A stretch of DNA of 64,000 nt from Diplonema japonicum (taxonomy: Eukaryota; Protista; Euglenozoa: Diplonemea), in the NCBI GenBank assembly GCA_964019335.1, contig OZ025681.1:534079-598078 (forward strand), in the 5' to 3' direction. Made by a program: the position numbers and the translations under genes. A model generated the notes under the pieces. That model was not told where the DNA came from and did no database searches. It worked only from the letters and a program-made list of their open reading frames with translations. Shown here piece by piece: positions 10,502 to 19,626 of this stretch (position 1 is its first letter; each line of letters opens with the position of its first letter).

Positions 10502-13500
10502 CTAATTCAAAAATATATCTTCCTTAGGAGGCGCACTCGGTGTCGGTGCTATGCCCATGTACTCTGGGCAGTTGGGAAGGGGTACTGACTTCCTTCGGGA
10601 GGACCTCCTAGAAGTGAGACGAGAGGGAATCGGCGAAGAGCGCATAGGTGCCGAGGGTAGACAGGCGCTGCTCTTTAAGTCGGGTGTGTAGCCATAGACA
10701 TCTTCTTGTTCCTCGGAAGCAAGCTGCCGTTTGACTGCGCTCTCTAGCCCAGCGTGCACCACCAGTGGGTTCGGGACATCTTCTTCGTCTTCCTGGTTCA
10801 GATGCTTCACTGTTTTGTTTTTCTTCCCCTTCCTAGTCTTGCACAGCATCGCTACAAAGAGCCCTGTGCACAGTCCCAGCCCTCCTGCCACGTACCACAG
10901 TGACAGCGCTGCACTGCTCCCCGTGCTGCAGGGCGGCTCGATCTCGCCCTCGAAGTCGTTCTGCAGGATGTCGTGCACATTGGCACACCCCTTCGCCTCC
11001 TCCACCTCCGCCACCTCTGGGAACACCGCCACCGTCGTGCTCCCGCTGCTGTCGACCGTCTCGTTGCAGCACGCCACCTTCCACCCCTTTTGTTCAAACA
11101 AAGCACGCTGCTCGCTGCAGGACACCCCCCGCACCTTCACCTGGAAGTTCCCGCAGGTGTTGGCCGGAGACGGCTCAGAAGTGGTGGGCTCGGGTGTCTC
11201 AGGGGCGATGGTAGGGGCGATGGTCTCAGGAACAGGCGCTGAGGTGTCAGGTGCTGGTGTCGCGGGTGCAGGAGTGTCGGGGGCTGGTGTCTTGGGTGCT
11301 TGAGTATCAGGTGCCGTCGTGTCGGGAGCAGAGGTGTCTGGTGGAAAGGTCTTCCCAGCCGGAAGAGGGGTAGGTGCAAGGGTGTCGGGGGCCGATGTCG
11401 CAGGTGCTTTCGTGTCAGGGGCTGGTGTCTTGGGTGCTTGAGTAACAGGTGCTGGTGTGTCAGGAGCAGAGGTGTCTGGTGGAAAGGTCTTCCCAGCTGG
11501 AAGAGGGGTAGGTGCAAGGGTGTCGGGAGCTGGTGTTGATGGTGCTTGCGTGTTAGGTGCTTCTGTACTCGGGGCTTGAGTATCAGGTGCAAGTGTGTCA
11601 GGGGCAGAGGTGTCTGGTGGAAAGGTCTTCCCAGCCGGAAGAGGGGTAGGAGCAAGAGTGTCAGGTGCTGGTGTCGCGGGTGCCGGAGTGTCGGGGGCAG
11701 GTGTCTCTGGTGCTTGGGTATCAGGTGCCGTCGTGTCGGGAGCAGAAGTGTCAGGTGGAAAGGTCTTCCCAGCTGGAAGAGAGGTAGGTGCAAGGGTGTC
11801 GGGGGCCGATGTTGATGGTGCTTGCGTGTCAGGTGCTTCTGTATTCGGGGCTTGAGTATCAGGTGCAAGTGTGTCAGGGGCAGAGGTGTCAGGGGCAGGT
11901 GTCTCTGGTGCTTGGGTATCAGGTGCCGTCGTGTCGGGAGCAGAGGTGTCTGGTGGAAAGGTCTTCCCAGCTGGAAGAGGAGTAGGTTCAAAGGTGTCGG
12001 GTGCAGGTGTGTCAGGAGCAGATGTGTCAGGTGCATTTGTCGGCTCAGCCGTAGGGGGAGCCGGGGTATCAGGGGCAGCTGTGTCTGGAGCAAGAGTGGG
12101 CTCTGCAGTGGGCGGAGCTGGCGTATCTGGTGATGAAGTTGGCTCTGCCGTGTCAGGGGATGGTGTGTCAGGAGCTGAAGTTGGCTCTGCCGTATCAGGT
12201 GCAGGTGTGTCAGGGGCGGGTGTGTCAGGAGCAGGAGTGTCAGGAGCTGAAGTTGGTTCTGCCGTGTCAGGTGCAGGTGTATCAGGGGATGGTGTGTCAG
12301 GTGCAGGTGTGTCAGGAGCGGGTGTGTCAGGAGCTGAAGTCGGCTCTGCAGTATCAGGGGCAGGTGTGGCAGGGGCAGCTGTGTCAGGAGCAGGTGTGTC
12401 AGGGGCCGGCGTGTCGGGTGCAGGTGTGTCAGGAGCTGAAGTTGGCTCTGCCGTGTCGGGGGCAGGTGTGGCCGGGGCGGGTGTGTCAGGAGCAGGTGTA
12501 TCAGGAGCAGTTGTGTCAGGAGCTGAAGTTGGCTCTGCCGTGTCAGGAGCAGGTGTGTCAGGGGCTGGCGTGTCAGGAGCAGTTGTGTCAGGAGCAGGAG
12601 TGTCAGGAGCTGAAGTTGGCTCTGCAGTATCAGGTGCAGTTGTGTCAGGGGCAGGTGTGTCAGGTGCAGGTGTATCAGGTGCTGGTGTGTCAGGAGCTGA
12701 AGTTGGCTCTGCCGTGTCAGGTGCAGGTGTGGCCGGGGCGGGTGTGTCAGGAGCAGGTGTATCAGGTGCTGGTGTGTCAGGAGCTGAAGTTGGTTCTGCC
12801 GTGTCAGGGGCAGGTGTGGCCGGGGCGGGTGTGTCAGGTGCAGGTGTGTCAGGAGCAGTTGTGTCAGGAGCTGAAGTTGGCTCTGCCGTATCAGGTGCCG
12901 GCGTGTCAGGTGCAGGTGTGGCAGGTGCAGGTGTGTCAGGAGCGGGTGTGGCAGGTGCTGAAGTTGGCTCTGCCGTGTCAGGTGCAGGTGTGGCCGGGGC
13001 TGGCGTGTCAGGAGCAGGTGTATCAGGAGCAGCTGTGTCGGGAGCTGAAGTTGGCTCTGCCGTGTCAGGAGCAGGTGTATCAGGGAATGGTGTGTCAGGG
13101 GCGGGTGTATCAGGAGCGGGTGTGTCAGGAGCTGAAGTTGGCTCTGCAGTATCAGGTGCAGGTGTGGCAGGGGCGGACGTATCAGGAGCAGGTGTATCGG
13201 GGGCAGGTGTGGCAGGAGCACTTGTCGGCTCAGCTGTAGGGGGAGCTGGGGTATCGGGTGCCGGCGTATCAGGGGCAGGTGTGGCAGGAGCAGGCGTGTC
13301 GGGGGCAGGTGTGGCAGGAGCAGGTGTGTCGGGGGCTGGTGTATCAGGTGCAGATGTGTAAGGAGCACTTGTCGGCTCAGCCGTAGGAGGAGCTGGGGTA
13401 TCGGGTGCCGGCGTATCAGGGGCAGGCGTGTCAGGAGCAGGTGTGGCAGGGGCGAGTGTATCAGGTGCAGGTGTGTCAGGTGCAGGTGTATCAGGGGCAG

Positions 13501-13999
13501 GCGTATCTGGAGCAGGTGTGTCAGGTGCAGGCGTATCTATCTTGTACCATAACCTGACCCTTTCTGAGCTGCAGCACTTAACCCACTTCCCTTCGGTTGT
13601 ATAGAACTGTCTCCACTCACCCGAGGGCACGTCTTGTATCCACAAGTGCTTAATGCGGAGCCCGTCCGTGCTGTCGGAGACAAGCTTGATGCTGTAAATC
13701 TCTTCGTAGCTGAAAGGGGAGTCGAAGACAGCAAAGGTCTTCACCTCACTAGCACTGAGGGGGCCGAGGGTCATCCAGTACCAAGAGGGCTGATTGTATT
13801 TGCGGAGGAAAGCCCTGACGTCACCATTGGTACCTGCATTCTTCTCAACACTCCAGCTCTCGACTTGTATGCGGAAGTACATAGGAGGAATGGGTGCTGC
13901 TGTGTCAGGTGCATTTGTGTCTGGGGCAGCAGTGTCAGGTGGCACTGTGTAGGCGGGAGTGGCGAGGCACAGGAAGAAGGTAGCGAGAGCGCGTAACAT
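10502..13999 (-). CDS. Type I membrane surface protein: signal peptide, PLAT/LH2-like domain, long PDTPA mucin stalk, Cys-containing juxtamembrane module, TM, tail with PSAP motifs
   Basis: Signal MLRALATFFLCLATPAY; PLAT-like NAGTNGDV...DGLRIKHLWIQD...W; about 780 aa of Pro/Thr/Asp/Ala repeats; TM LSLWYVAGGLGLCTGLFVAML followed by KTRKGKK. Confidence 0.85.
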   Translation of the reverse strand: MLRALATFFLCLATPAYTVPPDTAAPDTNAPDTAAPIPPMYFRIQVESWSVEKNAGTNGDVRAFLRKYNQPSWYWMTLGPLSASEVKTFAVFDSPFSYEEIYSIKLVSDSTDGLRIKHLWIQDVPSGEWRQFYTTEGKWVKCCSSERVRLWYKIDTPAPDTPAPDTPAPDTPAPDTPAPDTLAPATPAPDTPAPDTPAPDTPAPPTAEPTSAPYTSAPDTPAPDTPAPATPAPDTPAPATPAPDTPAPDTPAPPTAEPTSAPATPAPDTPAPDTSAPATPAPDTAEPTSAPDTPAPDTPAPDTPFPDTPAPDTAEPTSAPDTAAPDTPAPDTPAPATPAPDTAEPTSAPATPAPDTPAPATPAPDTPAPDTAEPTSAPDTTAPDTPAPDTPAPATPAPDTAEPTSAPDTPAPDTPAPDTPAPATPAPDTAEPTSAPDTPAPDTPAPDTPAPDTTAPDTAEPTSAPDTPAPDTTAPDTPAPDTPAPDTAEPTSAPDTTAPDTPAPDTPAPATPAPDTAEPTSAPDTPAPDTPAPDTPAPDTAAPATPAPDTAEPTSAPDTPAPDTPAPDTPSPDTPAPDTAEPTSAPDTPAPDTPAPDTPAPDTAEPTSAPDTPSPDTAEPTSSPDTPAPPTAEPTLAPDTAAPDTPAPPTAEPTNAPDTSAPDTPAPDTFEPTPLPAGKTFPPDTSAPDTTAPDTQAPETPAPDTSAPDTLAPDTQAPNTEAPDTQAPSTSAPDTLAPTSLPAGKTFPPDTSAPDTTAPDTQAPETPAPDTPAPATPAPDTLAPTPLPAGKTFPPDTSAPDTLAPDTQAPSTEAPNTQAPSTPAPDTLAPTPLPAGKTFPPDTSAPDTPAPVTQAPKTPAPDTKAPATSAPDTLAPTPLPAGKTFPPDTSAPDTTAPDTQAPKTPAPDTPAPATPAPDTSAPVPETIAPTIAPETPEPTTSEPSPANTCGNFQVKVRGVSCSEQRALFEQKGWKVACCNETVDSSGSTTVAVFPEVAEVEEAKGCANVHDILQNDFEGEIEPPCSTGSSAALSLWYVAGGLGLCTGLFVAMLCKTRKGKKNKTVKHLNQEDEEDVPNPLVVHAGLESAVKRQLASEEQEDVYGYTPDLKSSACLPSAPMRSSPIPSRLTSRRSSRRKSVPLPNCPEYMGIAPTPSAPPKEDIFLN

Positions 14000-15659
14000 C
14001 CCCCCTGCTTCTTAACACTCCCTCCCCTCCCCACCTTTATCTGGGTTTGTATGAGTTTTGCGTCTGGTCAAAGTTGACCCATCGATCGTCAGTTAAAAGA
14101 AGAAGAAGAAGAAAGAAGAAACTAAGGGGGGGAGAGGGGGGTTCTTCCTTTTTTGTTCGTCATCTTTCGGTTTCCTGTTTTCTTTCTTTCTTTTTTTTTT
14201 TTTTTTCTGGGAGGAAAAAAAAAAAAAAAAAAAAAGAACAGAAAATAAAGAAGACATGACAAAGGAGAAGGAAAGAAGAGGAAAAAAAAAGAATCGCATA
14301 CACAAGAATCAACTGAAAAGAGCAACAAAGAATATGTGAGAAATAATGATCAAAAAAAAAAAAAAAAAAGAAAAGAAAAGAAGAAAAATAGCTAGCAATA
14401 GTCTGACTTTTTTTCTGTGATCGAAAAGGAAAAATCGTTGAACAAAAAAAAAAGCTTTGACTAGATGGAGGAAAAAACTGAAAAAAGAGAACTGAAAACT
14501 GAAAAAGAGAAAAGAGAAAGATCACGCACAAAGGGCTCCCGAGCACACTGCAAAATCCCTTTTTTTCCCAGCAGATTATAAGTACATTGGACCGCTGATT
14601 TTTTTTTTTTTTTTTTTTTTTTTTGGTAATTGTACGGGCTGAAATATAAGAATTTCGCCTTAGACAATTTTTCAAATATACGGTCATAAATTTATATGCA
14701 CATACGAAGAAAGAAGAAAAAAAGAAAAAAGAAAAACTGAAAACTTTTTTTTTTTGAAGAGGGGGAAAAAAGAAGAGTCGGTCTTTAGCAATACATGCAT
14801 GCTATCACTACTCTTTTTCGCCCCTACAAGAAGCTAATCAGTACTTGTTAAATACAAATAAAAGGGGGGGGGGGACTGCACAAACAATCATAAACATATG
14901 CTAAAGGAGGTTCCGAGACGCTGCATTCATCTTCTCAACCTCACCATTAACAATAACTGGTATAAAAAAAAAAAACTCATAAAAGAAGACTCAAAGTAGT
15001 AAAAAGACAATAAAAAATATCCCCCCCCCCACGTGAGGTTCTTAAAAACCCTGAAAGAAATTGCAAAAAAAAAAAAAAGATCTTTTTCATCATTAGATAA
15101 GCACAGTGTTGTAGGATGCAAAAATGTAAAATGCATGGCCCTCACCAAAAAATAATTTATTAAATAATTTTATGGAAAAAAAAAAAAGGGAAAAAAAAAA
15201 CGACTTAGCCCAGATGTGCAATGGCCCTGGTACCAAATACTCAGCAAGAGAGAGATGATTCACCAAATTCGATGGTAACCCACGGTATGTGTAAGATAGA
15301 TGAGTTCACTTTATTCACCGTTTTTTTCAATTGGTTTTCTTTTTTTTTCTTTTTTTTTTTTTTTTATTTTTTTTTTTTATTTATCCGTTTCACTGTTCCC
15401 CTTGTCGCGTTTTGGAAAATTTTCAGCGGAGTTATTTTTCTTTTTTTTTTTCTTCTACCCGAGAAATAAAAAATAAAAGAAGAAAAAAAAAAGATTTTTT
15501 TAACTGCCCTCCGCTGGAGAGAACAAAAAAAAAAAAAAAAAAAGAAAAATGGAAATACGACTTAACAAGAGGAGCGAAAAAGTGTTAAATGGGGTACAGA
15601 ATTTAGCCCTTGTCCCGAGAACGTGATTTTATTCCACGACATTGACCCATAGTTTTTTC

Positions 15660-18600
15660 TCAATTTAGATAAATGGCATCGCATGGCGCGCTGGGCACGG
15701 CACACATAGGGGGCTGTGACCCGGAGCCACCCGTCTCTGTGGAGTTGGGGAGCATGATGGACTGCCTTCGTGACGTCGATTGTTGCGAGTACCTGCGGTG
15801 CGTAAATGGGGCAGAGGGCACCTGCTCTTGCTCGCTGGGGGAAAGCACTGCGCCGGCAGCAGGATCCACAACATCAGCAGGATTCACGACTCTAGCAGAA
15901 TCTGCGATTTCACCGTTCAAAACGACTGTTGGGTTAGCTTCTTGCTCCTCCACGTCAAGCTGCATCTTGACTGCCCTCTCCAGTCCTTCGTGCACCACCA
16001 GTGGGTTCGGGACGTCCTCTTCGTCTTCATTCTCCTCTTCCAGCGTCTTCGCCTTCTTCTTCATTTGCATTTTGCACATCATCACCACAAACAGCACCAC
16101 AATAACAGCCCCCGCGACAAGCATGATGTAGGAGAGTGGGATGGGCATCGCAGACGAGCTCCCCGTGCTGCAGGGCGGCTCGATCTCGCCCTCGAAGTCG
16201 TTCTGCAGGATGCCGTGCACATTGGCACACCCCTTCGCCTCCTCCACCTCCGCCACCTCTGGGAACACCGCCACCGTCGTGCTCCCGCTGCTGTCGACCG
16301 TCTCGTTGCAGCACGCCACCTTCCACCCCTTTTGTTCAAACAAAGCACGCTGCTCGCTGCAGGACACCCCCCGCACCTTCACCTGGAAGTTCCCGCAGGT
16401 GTTCGCCGGAGACGGCTCAGAAGTGGTGGGCTCGGGTGTCTCAGGGGCGATGGTAGGGGCGATGGTCTCAGGAACAGGCGCTGAGGTGTCAGGTGCTGGT
16501 GTCGCGGGTGCAGGAGTGTCGGGGGCTGGTGTCTTGGGTGCTTGAGTATCAGGTGCCGTCGTGTCGGGAGCAGAGGTGTCTGGTGGAAAGGTCTTCCCAG
16601 CCGGAAGAGGGGTAGGTGCCATCGTATCAGGAGCAGGCGTGCTGGGTGCAGGTGTTTCGGGGGCAGAGGAGTCTGGTGGAAAGGTCTTCCCAGCCGGAAG
16701 AAGGGTAGGTGCAAGGGTGTCAGGTGCTGGTGTCTCGGGTGCTTGAGTATCAGGTGCCGTCGTGTCGGGAGCAGAGGTGTCAGGTGGAAAGGTCTTCCCA
16801 GCCGGAAGAGGGGTAGGTGCAAGGGTGTCGGGTGCTGGTGTCGCGGGTGCCGGAGTGTCAGGGGCTGGTGTCTTGGGTGCTTGAGTATCAGGTGCCGTCG
16901 TGTCAGGAGCAGAGGTGTCAGGTGGAAAGGTCTTCCCAGCCGGAAGAGGGGTAGGAGCAAGAGTGTCAGGGGCTGGTGTCGCAGGTGCCTTCGTGTCGGG
17001 GGCAGGTGTCTCTGGTGCTTGAGTATCAGGTGCTGGTGTGTCAGGAGCAGAGGTGTCTGGTGGAAAGGTCTTCCCAGCTGGAAGAGGGGTAGGTGCAAGG
17101 GTGTCGGGTACTGGTGTGTCAGGAGCAGATGTGTCGGGTACTGGTGTGTCGGGAGCTGTTTTTTTTTTTTTTTTTTTCTTCCCGTCAAACACAATATGGT
17201 TAAAAGTGTAGTAAAGGAAGGCTGGCACAAAAGTATTAATATGCTTGAACCCTTTTTATAAAGGAAAAGTGTAAAGGATGGCTGGCACAAGAATGCCCTG
17301 AAGGGTAATGTCCATAAGTAAAATGTTCAGAAAAGAAGCTTTGCAGATCGACTCCCTCCGAGTTATCTTACAATAGTTATAAAGGAAGATGAAATCATGA
17401 CACACCTTTCGTATCTGGTGCAGAAGTAGGCTCCGAAGTATCAGGGGCTGGGGTATCAGGGGAACTTGTTGGTTCCGCCGTCATGGGAGCAGGTGTGTCA
17501 GGTGCTGGTGTGTCGGGGGCAAGCGTATCAGGGGCAGTTGTGTCAGGAGCAAGAGTGGGCTCTGCAGTGGGCGGAGCTGGCGTATCTGGTGATGAAGTTG
17601 GCTCTGCTGTGTCAGGGGCGGGTGTGTCAGGAGATGATGTGTCAGGGGCCTGCGTATCAGGAGCAGTTGTGTCAGGAGCTGAAGTTGGTTCTGCCGTGTC
17701 AGGTGCAGGTGTGGCAGGGGATGGTGTGTCAGGAGCGGGTGTAAATGGGGCGGGCGTCTCAGGAGCAGGAGTGTCAGGAGCTGAAGTTGGCTCTGCCGTA
17801 TCAGGTGCAGGTGTATCAGGGAATGGTGTGTCCGGAGCAGGTGTGTCAGGAGCAGTTGTATCAGGAGCTGAAGTTGGCTCTGCCGTATCAGGTGCAGGTG
17901 TGTCAGGGAATGGCGTGTCGGGGGCGGGCGTATCAGGAGCGGGTGTGTCAGGAGCTGAAGTTGGTTCTGCCGTATCAGGAGCAGATGTGTCAGGGAATGG
18001 TGTGTCAGGGGCGGGTGTGTCAGGAGCAGCTGTGTCAGGAGCTGAAGTTGGCTCTGCCGTGTCAGGTGCAGTTGTGTCAGGTGCAGGTGTGTCAGGGGCA
18101 GGCGTATCAGGAGCAGGTGTATCAGGAGCTGAAGTTGGCTCTGCCGTGTCAGGAGCGGGTGTATCAGGAGCAGATGTGTCAGGTGCAGGTGTGTCAGGAG
18201 CAGGTGTGTCTGGGGCTGGTGTATCAGGAGCGGGTGTATCAGGGGCTGGGGTATCAGGAGCAGGTGTAGCAGGGAATGGTGTGTCCGGAGCAGGTGTATC
18301 AGGAGCAGGTGTGTCGGGGGCTGAAGTAGGCTCAGCCGTATCAGGTGCAGGTGTATCCGGAGCACTCGTGTCAGGCGCTGCAGTCGGTTCGGCTGTAGGT
18401 GGCGCCTGTGTGTCTGGTGCTGAAGTGGGTTCAGCTGTAGGGGGTGCAGGAGTAGCGGGAGCAGGTGTGCTTGGCGCGACTGTTGGCACGGCCGTCGGGG
18501 GTGCAGGGGTATCTGGAGCGGGCGTAAGAGGTGCTGGCGTGTCGGGAGCAGGAGTATCGGGAGCAGGAGTATCGGGTGCAGGGGTGTTAATCGTAAACCA

Positions 18601-18999
18601 CAACTTGACCCTGTCGGTCTTGCAGCACTTTAGCCACTTGGAGCCATCAATGTAGAACTGTTTCCAGACCCCACTCGCCACGTCCTCGACCCAAATGGTC
18701 TCGACGCGGAGGCCATCGGCCCCCAAGGCGACCAGCTTGACGCTGTAGATCTCATCGATGGTATAGGGGCACCCGAACACGTCATGTGTCTGCGTTTCGC
18801 CTGCCGCGATGTCCCCGATGGTGGACCAGTACCACGAGGGCTCGTTCCACTTCCTTAAGTACACCTTGAAGTTGTCCTTCGTGCCTGAGTACTGATTAAC
18901 ACTAATGTTGATGCGGAATCTGAGAGGCGGCGGGGTTGTCGCTGTGGAAGAAGCAATGATCAGGAGCAGGGTGTAGACAGCAAGGAAGCAGCGTGACAT
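15660..18999 (-). CDS. Paralogous PLAT-like mucin-stalk type I membrane protein, 2 exons (17406-18999, 15660-17155), 1029 aa
   Basis: The two ORFs join through a GT-AG intron (AAAG|GTGTGT...AAACAG|CTCCC), restoring PDTK-A-PDT in frame. Same architecture as 10502-13999. Confidence 0.85.
17156..17405 (-). other. 250-nt spliceosomal intron (phase 1)
   Basis: GTGTGT donor, TTTGAC branch-like motif, A-run, then CAG acceptor. AT-rich, and removal restores the frame. Confidence 0.85.
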
Positions 19000-19626
19000 T
19001 TTATTTTATAAAACGCTGTGCCCCCCTCCCCCTCCCCGACCTTTGTTGTTGAATAGGATACACCCCACATCTGCAGCAGAGCTCGTTTTGCCAGGTCACG
19101 CGGAATTTTAAATGTGACTTGGTTTTAGTGGGCCATGCAGTATGTGACACAGCGGACTCCCGTGTCTGAAGCTTCGCCCTGAAGCCTCCGAAGTCTGTGG
19201 TCCCGTAGAACGTAAAAGTGAAGTGGCAAAGAAAGCTGAGCTTTGAAACAGGGAGGGCAAAGAAAGAAGCAATGAACATCAACTGGAGTATGCCGTGGGA
19301 GGTATGCTTCACAAGCACAAGCCTGGTGGAACTACCATGTAATGGACTCTCCGTTGAGGGCAGTGCCAACCGGTCTCCACCCCGTTGAGGTTTCTACGTG
19401 TACGGCTTAAGAACGAGAGTTTCCCCCCCAAACCACAATTACAAGGAAACCACCACTGGGTGGTCCCCCCTAAAATTAAAAAAGAATTCTTTCAAGAAAA
19501 AATGAATAAAAAAAGTCAATGTGTGTCGCGTGAAGATGGTGAGGCTAGGTGCCTGATGAGAAGATAGGTCAACCGAACGACGGGACATGGTTGGTCTTTT
19601 TCTTTTTTTTTTTTTTTTTTTAACTC

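Noticed and set aside
11137-13368. Long alternative-frame and antisense ORFs over the mucin stalks (VSGAG-, LLLTH-, CQEQ-rich)
   Set aside because: By-products of stop-poor coding repeats.
10502-18999. Regular short repeats resembling a CRISPR array or satellite
   Set aside because: In-frame coding repeats, no unique spacers, no cas genes, eukaryotic context.
19001-19369. 122-aa minus-strand ORF between the PLD and PLAT genes
   Set aside because: Non-ATG start and no motif; cannot be supported.
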